A stretch of DNA of 64,000 nt from Vicugna vicugna (Eukaryota), in contig MU058463.1 of the NCBI GenBank assembly GCA_013265495.1, forward strand, positions 372,001 through 436,000, in the 5' to 3' direction. Position numbers and translations under genes: made by a program. This document shows positions 24,850 to 38,240 of the stretch, one piece after another; positions within the stretch are counted from its first letter, which is position 1, and each line of letters begins with the position of its first letter. A model generated the notes under the pieces. That model made no database searches. It was given only the letters and a program-made list of their open reading frames with translations, and had not been told where the DNA came from.

Positions 24850-26560
24850 ATCACAAAGGAATGAAAAATTACTGGAAAGTATTGGTCAGATTGTGTTCAA
24901 GATAGAGACTTTGCCAGCAGCAAGATGAATTGACCTAATAGGGAAAAACTAGAGGAAAAGAGACAAGTCAGGAAGTTGCAGCAGTAATTAAGTAAGGGTA
25001 TTTTGTTACTTGGCAATCCATGACATATAAAATTAACTATCAAAAGTGGTCAGAACACAGACAAAAGGATGAATCTATTATATAACAAAGAAGCAAAATA
25101 AGGAAAACAATTGACTCCATGTAAAGGTTTTAAAAAAGAAAGAGTTAAAGGCAAATAAATTTCTGACTTGGCATATTAAAAAAATTCTGAAGGCAGAGGG
25201 AAAAAAATGAATACTGGAATTGAAGGAACGGATTTGGGACAGGTACACAAAGAATCTAAAATGCCTGTTGCAAGTACAGATGAGGCTATACAACAGGAAA
25301 ATGGGCATATGAGTCAGAAGCACATTTGTGAAAACTGTGCTGAGGATTTGCATGTTTGTTGGTCCTTGTCTGATTGGTATTATTGGAAATGAAGTGGAGG
25401 GAAAATACTAAAAGTTATTTTAAGAAGTGTGTTGAAATGGATATACAATAAAGATATATAAATAAAATAAAAAATAATACTTTAGAGAAAGATAATGAGG
25501 TCCTGTTTTTATATAAGACAGCCAGATGGAGATAATTTAAAAAGATGGTGATGACCCAAACATGTTACCTGAAAAGTATGTCAATCTGAGCTGAATCTAG
25601 AGATTGGCTAATATTTGAAATAGAATTATAAGTTGAAGCAATAAGAATAAATAAATTTTAGGGAAATTGTACAAAAAAGAGAGAGTGGGATTTTACAGAG
25701 AAAAATGGAGGGGAATGACAACCAAAGAATGATTCTAATTAAGGTTCTGGTAAGAGATCTAGAAGGAACGTGTAAAAGGCAGGAATAGGACCAGTGAAAT
25801 ATGTTTGGAAATAATTGAAAGGAGTAAAGAATTCAATAAAGAGGCTAAGATGAACAATATAAACACATTCTAGATTTTTCTGTAAGGAAAAAAAAGATAG
25901 TGGAATGACAAATCATGAGAGTAATCATGCCTTCATTGTAAAGATGAGGGAAGAGCTCGTATTGAAGTATGTTGAGGTAAGAGTAGATAATAAAATGTCA
26001 CCCTCTGTTTCATGGGAAGCTATAGCAGAGTTTAGACATAGGTTAGGGAGGGTTTATTGTTAATGTTGTAAGGAAAAAAAAAAACCCCTAAGCATCTTTC
26101 CAGATAGGCTCAAACAGTGAAACAGCAATAGATCCAATGTGTTGAAAAAGTCTTAAATGGAAGAGGTACAGATTGGACTAGAAAAACAGCGGAGGAGCTG
26201 GAAGAAGAGAGAGTCCTCCGAGAAGGGTACAGTTGCCTGTATGGTTTTGAGTATGTGTGTGTTTACAGAATTTATTTCTCGTACAGTAACACTGAAACTG
26301 CTGCAGTTCCTGCCCAGTGACTTCAGTTTTCTTGAAGGAAGAAAGAGATGGTTACACAGAGAAGTGCTGATATCAGCAGAAGAATAGAAATGTGCAAACA
26401 TCACTGAAATACATGAAGGGATAAAATGATTGAGGAATAGTGCCAATTGCCCTACACAGATTAGAAATAATTCATCTGAAGTCATTCAGCAGTACTGAAG
26501 TCTAATAGGTATTGATTTATTGGCCATAAAACTGAAAAAGCAGACTGTAAGATTGACTAA
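24850..26560 (-). mobile_element. Long decayed L2
   Basis: Purine-rich tract with L2 motifs, e.g. 'gagacaagtcaggaagttgcagcagtaatt' and 'tgacttcagttttcttgaaggaag'. Confidence 0.55.
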
Positions 26561-27160
26561 ACATTACAGTTTTTCAGAGATATATTCCCACTTTTTGTTA
26601 ACCAAACATATGATATATGCCTAATTTTGGCATACACCAGTCGTAAATAATGAGTCCAGTAAAGGTTAACTCCACAGAGGGCTGCCTTGCATGGTAGATC
26701 AATTCTTGGCTTCATTTTTTTGTAGACTCACTCTGCCTTCAGATCAACAGGCACTGACACCAAAGGTAAGGATCAGGAAATAGAAGTAAAATCAAGATAA
26801 TAGGTCAAATTTCTATGCTGTCAGTGGGTACTCATCCATGAGAAAGCATGCTTCAAATGTGCTATCTAAAAACAGTACAATTATATAGAGTACAGGAAAC
26901 ATCCTGAGGGTGAAAATGACCGCTGTGTTTTTCAGGAAACAGAATGGAACCATAGTGGAATCCAGAAGCACTTTCCCGAAAACAGTATCTTCTGAGGACT
27001 TGGCCTTTACAATGCATATCATTTTCTGAACAGAAGGGTATAAGTAACAAGGAGGCCCTCACAGTTGATTCCAGGAGTGCAAAGTAAAGGTATGAGAATA
27101 TGTAATCGATGTTGATAAACACAAAAGCTAGACAGGACCATCCAACTTATGCCCCTAATT

Positions 27161-27216
27161 TCTCTCTCTCTCTCTCTCACATGCATACAAACACACACAC
27201 ACACACACACACACAC
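27161..27216. repeat. (TC)n/(AC)n compound microsatellite
   Basis: Directly visible. Confidence 0.95.
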
Positions 27217-27304
27217 GAAAAGAAGATAGCTTCAGAAAACAGGGAAAAGGGAATAAGATGTTGAAGAGAAATTTATTTTGCCTTCCATTGTTGTAGCTTG
27301 TTTG

Positions 27305-27392
27305 TCTCTCTCTCTCTTTCTCCCCTTCTCTCTCTCTCTGTCTCTCCCTCTCACATACACACACGCACGCGTGCACACACACACACACACAC
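27305..27392. repeat. (TC)n/(AC)n compound microsatellite
   Basis: Directly visible, interrupted. Confidence 0.95.
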
Positions 27393-27886
27393 GAGATGCT
27401 GTTGGGAAGAATACTTAGTTTTTCATATTGGATAATCTCCCACCAATTTTGATTGGCTACATTGTCCTATGACCATGGGAATAGTTTTCCCAGAGGTTGT
27501 CTGGGTGATTTTACTTAAAATTACTTGAAGACCACCTTCTCTAGAGTGAATAACCATCTGATTCTAAAGTTTGCACACTGTTGACAGAAATGGCAACAAT
27601 CATTGTAGCCATCAACACCATATCATAACAGTTAATACAGATTCCATAGCCCCAAACCTATGTGTTCTCTTCTCCACTACAACATTCATGCCTGCATCCT
27701 TTTATTTATGACACTGCTTTTAATGGAAGTTTGCTATCTATCATCTTTGGAACAGAACTCTAACACTAATGTCCAGCTGCTAAAAACGAATATGGCTCTA
27801 CTGGTTATTTCCATTCAGTGTCTGTTCTGATTATTTGGTGCCTGTACCATACTGGTAGGTATGTATTTAATTTAAATTGCCTACTA

Positions 27887-28228
27887 CAGTCAACCTTCTG
27901 TATCTACAGTTTCTATATTCAATGAATCGACCAAACTTAGATCAGAGATATTTTTTAAAAATTCCAGAAATTCCAAAAGGCAAACTTGAATTTACCACAT
28001 GCTGGCAAATATTTACATAGCAGTTACATTGTATTTATAACTATCTATACAGCATTTATACTGTATTAGGTATTATAAGTTATCAAAGATGATTTTAACT
28101 ATAGGAGAGGATTGTGTAGGTAATATGCAAATACTACACCATTTTATATAAGGGACTTGAGTATCCTCAGATTTTGGAATATGCATGATATTCTGGAAAC
28201 AATATCCCACAGAATCCACAGGTGACTG
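27887..28228. mobile_element. MER2/MER2B-like Tigger-family non-autonomous DNA transposon, full length
   Basis: ta|cagtc...gactg|ta termini with TA TSD; internal 'tatgcaaatactacaccattttatataagggacttgag'. Confidence 0.9.
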
Positions 28229-29405
28229 TATTTAATAGCTCCTTTCTGTCCAACTGACCAGCTTTTCTAGAATGTACTTTAAAACTTCAACTTATGGTCA
28301 ACAAATATTCCTCAGAATGTTACTCCTTGTTTTTACTAAACTATTACTATTACCTAAGGTTCTTATTTTTCTTACCACTTGACAGCATTATTTTCCTTTC
28401 ATGATGCATATAACTTAGGGTATGGAAGTGGCATTGGTATCACACTTGCTTCCAAACACCATTTTCAAAATATATATCTATCATGTGATTAAAATTTTGG
28501 CTTCTTTAAGTATTGTGTTGTTTCTATAGCACTCCCATGACCTTCATATGAAGACTATCAATTTACCTTCTGTTAATTAACCCTCTATCATCCTTAAACT
28601 TTAACTCCTGTATCACATTCCTCTATATCAAAATACTTCTCATTAACATATGTTAAATATCTATGTGAATAGCTCATCCATCACAAACCATATCTATTTC
28701 CACAAACCATATCCGGTCTCGAACTTGAATTTTTCATCCTCTAAATTGAGTAATCTCTTAAATCATAAACTCAAAACAAACTTTTCCAATTACAGCCTCT
28801 TAACTTGCTTTTCCAAGTGCATTCTCTCCATTGCTCTTTTGCTTCAATAGATTGCCAAACCTCTAACACACTCATTTACACCTTAATCATCAACTTCATA
28901 TATTTTGCTATTTTCTTCATATCTCACTTTATTGATATATTCTAAATATGTTGGGTTCTCTGAAAAAAATTACACTTTTATCATATAAGTTTATATCAAC
29001 TCTATTTAAAGGCAACCATCTGTCTTATCCATATGCAAGAAGTAAGGTGCTTCTAAAGAAAACAAAATCACAGAAACTGGAATAGAACTATGATTTAAAT
29101 TGTTCATTATCAGTCTCAATTAGGCCCTAAACTTTCTGGAAATATTATGATAAATCCAGGAAGCCTAGAGTATAATTTTGGATGGTATCTGGCACAAGAA
29201 TTTTGGTCAAAGCAAGGTCACAGGCTTTAGCAAAGGACTTGACTTTCACATATTCAGAGTCAAGTGGCTTCATGAATCATTGTAGTGGGAAAAAATCAAT
29301 AGATCTAAAAACACTGAGGGTTCTTGCACGGTAGTAGGGAACTTTCTGAGATCAGTTTTCCTTTTTATATTTCCTTTTCATTTTATCCCTTTCATTGACC
29401 ACATG

Positions 29406-29881
29406 TGTGGCAGGGAGAATATGGTCCCCCCAAATGTCCACATCCTAATCTCTGGAACCTGAGAACTTGTTACCTCATATGGCAAAGGGGACTGCAGATG
29501 AAATTAAGTTATGAACACTGAGGTGGGGAAATTATTTTGGATTATTCAAAGGAGTTAAATTTAGACAGGTGGATTATTAAAATCAGAGATATTCTCTGGC
29601 TGAGTTCATAGTCATAGGAAGATACAACTATGGAAAAATAGCCAGAGATATGCAATGCTACTGCAATTGAAGATGCTGGAAGGAATATGGGTGGCCTTTA
29701 GAATCAAGAAAGGCAAAAACCCTGGGCCCTCCAAAAAGGAACCCTGGTATGCCAAAACCTTAATTTTAGCCCACTGAGATGCATATCCAACTTCTACAAA
29801 ACTGTAAGATAGAAAACTTGTGACTTTGTAAACTAATAAATTGATGGTAGTTTGGTATAACAGCAATGGAAAACTATTATA
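29406..29881 (+). mobile_element. MaLR solo LTR, MLT1D/C-like
   Basis: 'tgtggcagggagaatatggtccccccaaatgtccacatcctaatctctggaacctg...cagcaatggaaaacta'. Confidence 0.9.
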
Positions 29882-30294
29882 TAAAAAAACCCAAATACTG
29901 ACTTTAGGTCTGAATAGCAATATTATGTTGGCTCAATATCTACTACGTATCTGACTACAGAATTTTTATGAAGATGCACGTTAGGCAAACCTCATGTGAT
30001 ACTGATGAGATACAGTATCTACAACATTTCCACTATAATTTTGCAATCAAACTTTACCATGAATGCTAACACACTTTCATTGCCATGGTTTTGTGAAATG
30101 CCTTAATACACGGTAAAAAAAAAAGTTATTTATGTATACATTTTATGTTATAACTGGCCTAGCTATTTGTGAATTTTTATTCTTCCACATATATTTTAGG
30201 AAAAGTTTATAAAGTTTCCTAAATACATATTTAAATGCAATGTTTATTAAATAGGATGGAATTAAAATATTAATTGGAGAACATAATGTGTATA

Positions 30295-30483
30295 CAAGCA
30301 GACCTCTGAGATATTGCAAGTTTGGTTCTAGACCGCTGCAATAAAGTAAATGTCAAAAAAACAAGTCACATGGACTTTTTGGTTTCCAAGTGCATGTAAA
30401 AGTTATGTTTACACTATACTGTGGTCTATTATGTGTGCAATAGTATTATGTTTAAAAAATTTACATACCTTAACTTAAAAATA
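30295..30483. mobile_element. Tigger1 terminal fragment
   Basis: 'acctctgagatattgcaagtttggttctagaccgctgcaataaag...gttatgtttacactatactgt'; homologous to 60579-60710. Confidence 0.85.
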
Positions 30484-30989
30484 TAAAACTGACACCAATT
30501 TCAGAGCCAAAAAAAATTGTTTCTGCTTTACTTCAACCTTTCAAGTCTCAAACTAATTTCTACCATAGTTGACCATATTTTGACCCTAAAGAGGAATCTT
30601 TCAAATATTATTTCAACTTTGGTAGGCTGATAAAATGTAAAGTCACCACAGTATCTAATGTTTAAAAATATATTGTACTCTGTTTTTAATGATACAGTAA
30701 AATAATATTGAACTTTAATTTGATCTTGGAGGTGTTATCCTTTTGAACATCAATTTTAATTCTGTATCTGGTTTACACATTCTTCAAATAATGACTAATT
30801 CTTCCTCCCTCATCCAAAACTCTTTATCATTATTGTTATAATTTTTCCTTACAGCTTTGGCCAGGACCTTTAGTTATTACAGTATTAGTCATAACCTTTA
30901 AGCACTGGTCAGGCCCATGTTAAGTAATCATGATAGTGGTAATCTCTATTTTATTCTTATATTTAAAGGGAATATATTTTAGGTGTCTT

Positions 30990-31947
30990 CAGATAGAGTA
31001 CTATCCTGGATTATCTGTTAGCCCTAAATGTGATCAGAAGTATCCTCATAAAGCCAGATGGAGTTGAGGGAGACTCAAGTACAGAAGAGAAGGTGATTAG
31101 ATGTCGGAAGCAGAGATTGGAATAATGAATTATTGAAACTGAGGGTAATCATCAGTTACATCCATTGCACCTGTAATCTGCCTTCACTGATCGAACTCAT
31201 TGCATTTTTACAAAAACTTTCATGTCCTCCAAGTATCACTCAGCCTAAACAGTAAGATATTTGCCTGAGTTGTTTTCCAGGAACTTAGAGTCAATTGTAT
31301 CCAGTTTGAACTCAAGCCAGTTAAGACTGATTAAAACCACCAACCCTCCTACGTGGCATATGCCAATGTCCACTCAATGACCTTTTGACACCAAAGGGCC
31401 AAAAGATCCACCATCAGAGCATGCTAAAGCTGCCATTTTCTGAGCATGTGTCCCATGAAGCCTGAAGCTCAGTTTCCTCTTTGCAAAGGTCTATTATCTC
31501 ACCTTTTTTCTTGTCTCCAAGTACCTCTCCACATGCTCCCCATGCCTCAGCTTTATCCTACAAATATGCTGAGTGCCTTTCCTTCGCAGAGGCAGATTTG
31601 AGATTTGTTCTCCTGTCTCCTCACTTGGCTGCCTTGTGAATAAACTCTCTGCTGCAAACCTCAGTGTCTCAGCATTTGGCTTGCACTGTGTTAGGCAGAC
31701 AAACCTGGCTTGGTAACACTATGAAGATGGAGAGAGGGCCTATAAGTCAGAGAATACAGCCAGCTAGAAGGGAATGAATTATTGCTCAGAGCCTCCAGAA
31801 GGAATCAACCTGTTGACACTTTCATTTTAGTTCAGGGAAACTAATTTAGAACTTCTGGTCTACAGAAATGTAAAGCAATACATTTGTGCTGTTTAAAGCT
31901 ACTGCATTTGTGGTAATAGGTTACAGCAGCAGTAGGCAATTAATACA
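30990..31947 (+). mobile_element. MLT1 LTR split by an ERV1 LTR
   Basis: Left half 'tatcctggattatc...gaagcagagattgga' (to 31133); right half 'gaagatgga...gagcctccagaagga...gcaattaataca' (from ~31723). Confidence 0.85.
31134..31718 (+). mobile_element. ERV1-class solo LTR (585 bp)
   Basis: TG..CA ends, 4-bp near-TSD ttat/ctat, AATAAA at 31639-31644, ends 'ggtaaca'. Confidence 0.8.
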
Positions 31948-32730
31948 GGTCCTATATGTAGAAGCAAACATACTCACAGAAATATGGCCAGGCACAGAAC
32001 TGTACAAACTTGTAGGTATGTTGTGCAGTGCAGACTGAAGTCAAGTTAGAGAATCTTACTGGATCAATAAAAAAAGGCAATCCAAATTCCCAGTAGTTCA
32101 GACTAGTGGAACCTAAGTGGAAGCATTTGCAATAGATTGAAATGGGTAAGGCAAAAGTAAACCTTGAGCTAAGGGACAGAAAGCCACAGGGGCATTTTAT
32201 ACCAGGGACTGTTTTAAATCTAGTGCCTTAATCATATACCTATGTAAATTTTTTTTAAAAGTTAAGTGGAGATAATCATCTCCATTTACAGATCAGAGAA
32301 CTAAATTTAAAATATTTGTATCTCAGATATATTAAACATATAATTAAGTCATTATAAAATAATTAAAATATTAAAAAATAGGTAAAAAAATCATGTAAGA
32401 CAATGTTATTTTTAAATTTAGAAGCAGAATATTAAACATAATCCAGAGTAATGAAAAATGCAATTGAAAAACATTACAGTAACATGAACTTTGAGACGAA
32501 AAAATTGGAGTCATGAAGATATATCTTTAATCTTCAGCCTTTACTTCTCTCCTCTTTAGTAAATATGCATAAATTACTCTTCAAGAAAAATAAAAAAGCA
32601 AAACCTTGCAGTTAATGAGAATGATCTCCAAGGATTGCCCATGCCCTGGCTAAGCATTTGGAGACTGGTACTTGGACTTCTACTAGGTCATATGAACCCA
32701 AGAAATTTGACTGCTACTGTGCCCATGTTT

Positions 32731-32750
32731 GTGTGTGTGTGTGTGTGTGT
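32731..32750. repeat. (GT)10 microsatellite
   Basis: Directly visible. Confidence 0.95.
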
Positions 32751-34808
32751 TTACCTGAAGACTAATTGCTTTCTTCACCTTTTAAAAATTAGTAAAGCCA
32801 TTCCAATGTCTAGTAGAAACTGATTACAATTTTTTTTATAAAAAAAATTTCACCTATGGAATTTTAAGCTATGATTTTAAAATCAGGTTAAAAGTTTAGA
32901 ATCATGACACTAAATCTTCTGTAAAAGTTTAAATTGATAATTCTCAAGAACAGAACCTATAATATACATATCTAAAATTAAATATTCACATTTGGAGGCA
33001 ATTATTGGTAAAGTTGGACAATTTTCAGCTGCAGATAGACACAAGCAGTTAAATGTTCTAAAGTCTGAGCAAATTGATTATTTTAGCTATCTTACTGAAG
33101 TAAAAGTTAATTAATCACAGTCTAACTGATAAAGGAACACTGTGAATTACTCTCTAAAATATTCAGAATACACTTCCAAGGAATGATTTCAAACTCCAAA
33201 AAGATGAAGTAAGAGTGGCCTTTTTGCAGTCTCAAGGTGCTCAGTGAGGTCTCTCCTCTCTGATTGGGTGGGGACTTCAAAGACTCCCAGCATAACACAC
33301 ACACACTTCTTGTCATTCGGATCTTATTTCTGCAGGAAGCAATCTTTCCTCAGTCATGTGTGAGAATACGTTTTTACTTTTATTTTTAAACTGTCCTTTA
33401 ACAGATCTGATTCTTTGGCTTACAATCTTACCAGTTTTGTTTGTGATGCCTTGGTGCAGGCGTATTTAAAAATCACCTGATTTACATCTCATTTTACACA
33501 TGATATCATTTGTTGCTCAGTTTCAGTGACTCCTCTAAGGACACTAATCAAAGACCTTAGCCTAAGAGAATCTAATTTCAGAGGGAGCGAAAGAAGAAAT
33601 CACATGCCACTCTCTAAAATAAATTTGAATCTTAAGTGTCTTAAACATTCCAATGTTGTTTGCAGACAGTAAAATAATCATAGAACTTCTAAGTTAAAAT
33701 CTAAAGTGTGAAATCTGTCGCCCAGTTACATATTTGAAATAGAATTGCTAAACTAAATTTTAAGATTCTCTAATACAGCAAGTTATCTTAATCATTACAT
33801 TTTCATTCTAAATATAGATATCATCCCTAACCAAAAATATATATCATTAATTTGTCTATGATTTACACCATCATCTCTGTATTTTATTCTAAATCTCTCC
33901 AGAGTTAAAAGACCCTTAAACTTAATCCTATAAATACAGCATTCCAAGTAAATTAGAATTGATGCAAGTAAATTGATATTAACAGCTCAGTTTAGTGAGG
34001 TTATTTTTTTTGCCAGATAATGTTCATATTCCTGTGTTCAAGTTATATCAGTACTTAAGTTTTATGTTTAGCTGGGAGATAAACATGTCTAAACCTCTTC
34101 CCACACATACACACACAGTAAAATAATAGTTAGCAATCTTTATCATATGGATAGATTTTATATTTTCTAGTGTTAGAATGTAAAGTTTCCTATTTGGCTC
34201 TAACAATAGTTTGGTACCATTCCATCAGATGTTACATCCATACATAATTCTTTGGCAATCTTGTGTTTTTATGATTTAAGCGAGCAGTATTCTTTCTTCA
34301 TTTTCTATCAGTATAGGCCGCAACTCCTACTGGTATTAAAAAGACATCTGGATGATTTCTGGATATACACCAAAGATTCATCAGGATCTGAAGTTACAAT
34401 AAAATATTTTATAAAATCACTTCCTAAACATAAACTGTTTCTTACTTTGACAGCATTTCTTATCAACATATTTTCATTTCATCTATACTAGTTTCAAGGC
34501 GGAAAATGGAAATAATTAGTTAAATTGTGTCAACAGAACTGTAAGTTCATATATTCCATTATTCTGTCTAAAGAATTTCAAGGTTAACAGTTAAATGAAT
34601 GAAACTATAGGAATTACAGAACATATTAAAAATTCTGATAAAGGGTACTCTTTCCAAAAGCTCTTCAAAGAGGATTTATATCAGCATACCAAAAAATAGT
34701 GTATTCTAGAGATTCAATGACTGACAATTCCTTATTCTCCCTACTAGTTGCAAAGAGTAGTAAGACAGTGGGTCAGGTTAATAGAAATGTCTGCTTCGTA
34801 TTGATAAG

Positions 34809-35185
34809 TGTAGGGGAAGTGACAGTTTTCCTCCACCTCTTTGGGTTTTCAGCTGGGCCTAAGAGTTCAACTGACAAAAGACAGATAACAAGAGAAAAGT
34901 ATACAAATTAAAGTTTTATTTGTCAGCAGAGGCTTCTTAATGAAATGAAGATTCAAAGAAGCGACAAATCTAAATGATTTCATGTTAGGTTGAACAGAGA
35001 CAACTGTGGAAATGTAACTAAACTACATGGAGAGCCTAAAGGAAGATAGTAGTTATTTTAACAAGGTCTGTTTGTATAGAATTTTCTCGGCTCTGACTTC
35101 CTGCCAAAGAAAGTTTCTTTTCTCCTGGTACAGGTAGGGAATCTTTCACGTGGAGTTTTCATTTCCCCCTTTCAGGAAGAAAATA
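34809..35185 (-). mobile_element. Partial ERV1-class LTR
   Basis: 'tgtaggggaag...actgacaaaagacagataacaagagaaaa...ttattttaacaaggtctgtttgtatagaattttctc'; similar layout to 15064-15558. Confidence 0.65.
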
Positions 35186-35212
35186 CAGGGACACTCACTG
35201 AAATACAGTCTT

Positions 35213-35675
35213 TGTGGTAGAAAGAATAATAGGTTCCTTAAGATGTCCAAATCCTAATCTCCAAAACCTGTGAATATGTTATCTTAGAGGGAAAATGGGA
35301 CCTTGATGTGTCATTAATTTAAGGATCTTCAATGGGCAAATTACCCTGGATTATCTGGATACACCCAATATACTGTAAGGGTGTTTGTAGGACAGAAGCA
35401 AGAGCATGAAAGTGAGAGAAAAGGTTGTTTAATAATAGAAGCAAAGAGAAAGACAGGGTTTAGAAGATGCTATATTGCTGGCTTTGAAGATGGAGGATGA
35501 GGCCACAAGCCAACAATGGTAGGTGGCCTTGAGAAGCTAGAAATGACATGGAAACTCATTCTCTGTTTGAGTCTACAGAAAGACTAGCATTGACCTCGAG
35601 AACTGTAAGAGTCTAAATTTGTGTTGTTTCAAACACTGTGGTAATTTATTACAGCTGCAAAAAGAAATTTATGCA
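35213..35675 (+). mobile_element. MaLR solo LTR (MLT1D/C-like) with perfect 5-bp TSD
   Basis: TG..CA ends flanked by gtctt at 35208-35212 and 35676-35680; 'tgctggctttgaagatggagg..aggccacaagccaa'. Confidence 0.92.
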
Positions 35676-38064
35676 GTCTTCTCATTATGAATTTATATAA
35701 TGATTTAAAGGCACATTGAGATATTAAATTTCATCACTTGAATTCAATAGCCCATCATATGATACTATGACACAGATTTCTATAAAAAGATACATAATGA
35801 TAAATTTGAAGGTTAGACTAAATGTTCAAGTTAATAAAATAAATTAACTTTTAGTTCAATTTATCCTCCTTGATTTACAATTAAAGGAAGCAAATAAAAC
35901 TTTCAAACAAAAGCCAGCATTTCTAGGCTTCCCTGTAGACCTGCTTGAATACAGATAAACAAGAGACTACCCAAGCAATAAATTTATTGGTATAGCTCTT
36001 GTCTTTGTACTTTGAAGGCTCATACTGGGAGGTATGGAATATCTGGGTCTGATAAAATGGCTTTAATAAATATTGGAAACAAATTATGGTGAGAAAGAAC
36101 TACTCTCCCACAGACTGATGTAACCTCAGATGCAGGTGATACGTCTTTTACTTATATGTAAATTACAGATTCCACTTGAGTTTTAAGAATTTCTTAGTTA
36201 TCTAATTGGTATTTCTTACGTTATCTGGTGATATCTGAATAAGAAAAGAGAAACATCATTTATTTGCTTTAATATTGATCAATATTTACTCTCTAATACA
36301 GAAATTTTCTTACAATCAGTTTTATTGCTTAACAAGCTTTCTCAGTTTCTTCTTCAATATCTCAATGTCCTGGCATTTTACTAACCTATTTAACTTAATC
36401 TTTAATTAAATATTACTTGTATATTCAAATATATTTCCCTCTCTACAGTATCTCTCACTTTAATGTCCTTAACAAATGGTGAAGGAACACGTTGTACATT
36501 TCCTCATAGACTTTCACCTTTCTTTTTAGACATCTTCTGAATAAAAACATTTCTTTGGCATGCCATGCTCAAAATGAACTTAGAAAATCACTAACGCTTT
36601 AATAAGGAATAAAAGTAGAAGCAATCTAAATATTCTTAAAAGAAAATAAATGGTTTACAAACATCATCCATCTATTATAAGACAGAATTCAAAACCCTCT
36701 TAGTGATAAGGTATAAATTTCTCAGAGCATAATTTATTTAAAAAATTATAAATACTTGATTGGAGTCTGGATTCAGCATAATTGGCATACAAAAGAAAAC
36801 TAGGAGAATATCCCTAAGGGAATTATCGAATCCGTATTGTTGCTTTTGACTTAGCTTTGATCTATAAATACATATACATACTTGAAGCAAGATTTTCTCA
36901 CTCACATCCTCTCCAGCATATTCAGAAAAGTAAATACTCAAATACTTCCCATGAATCATATCTGTGAAGTGTTGCATTTCTTTACAAGTTGAAGATGCTG
37001 CTAATGAAAAAAGTATTCTAATTCCAGGTGCATCTTCATATTCATGACATAGTTTTCCTCTGGCTCACTTTATGTATAAAGATACAATAATAATGTGTCC
37101 ATGGACTTGAAACTATGCATATTAATGCACAATATCACTTTTCTTTGTATTTTATCAGAGTTATTGACTGGTATGATTCTCTCACTGATTGTACTCCAGA
37201 ACTCTGCATTTAATACTTACCTATTTTCTCCAGTTTTCTATTTGTAATGTAAAGCCCCTAAAACAATCTGAGAAATCCACTTAGTTTTTATGTTTTTCAG
37301 CACTCAGTTCTAGAACAATTTTATTGGTTACTGGTCATATTATAATGTCTATTAATATATAAATAAATGATAATTCACAACCTATATGAACAATTGAACA
37401 AATAATCAGCAAGCTAGCATTATTTATAAAAATGATGTGTAAGTTTTAGAAAAGTCATTTAAGTTTTATACTTCTCTGCTTTTCAGCAATAAGTTATAAA
37501 TGAACATCAATATATTGAACAATGTTACCTGGCTACTTCTAACAGAGGTGGCAATTTATTTGTCAAGCATTTGTAAAAACATTATAACATTTGAAAAATT
37601 ATATAAAAAATAAACTATGACCACATCTGCTTGAATTATTTGGAAAAATATTGACATATAAAATAATTTAAAATTGTCTTGAATAGATGAATTATTCAAT
37701 GCTTAATCAATTTTGCTTTCAATACCCATCTCCCCTGTACGTAACACTGCTTCATAATCATATCCACCTTATTGACAGTCTATTCTTTTTCTTTTTTTAA
37801 TGCATTTAGAAATGTTTCAGATTCTCTTCAGCTATGTATCATAGAACAGAAATAGAAACTTTAAACAGTTTAAACATGAGCAAAGTAATGGCTGGTAACA
37901 GCAACAAAATGTGTCTGAAAGGGCAACAAAGAGAGACACAGGAGGAAAAGGCCTGGATGGATTCCTTTACCAGCTATCACAGGAGATGTGGATGCTGAAG
38001 GTGATCCATTAATGGAGAGTCATTTATTTTCTCTCCCTCTCCCTTTCCCTCTCTCCCCTTTGAT

Positions 38065-38240
38065 TAACCAGCTGTATTGAAGTGTTAATAGCACATACTT
38101 AAAGTGTACTTAAGTGTAAAACGTGGTAAGTTTTGACCTTGACATATGTGAAATCAGCACAATCCAGATAAGAAACCTATCCCTCACTAGAGAAGTGTAT
38201 TGTTGCCATTTTGTAATCTCTCCTTCTAGCTCCTCCCTGC
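38065..38240 (-). mobile_element. Old L1 3' terminus
   Basis: 'cagctgtattgaagtg...ttaagtgtaaaacgtggtaagttttgac'. Confidence 0.6.

Noticed and set aside
33255..33285. CCAAT-box and GT-box cluster (ctgattgggtggggacttc) as a promoter
   Set aside because: No CpG island, initiator or downstream exon evidence; such short motifs occur by chance.
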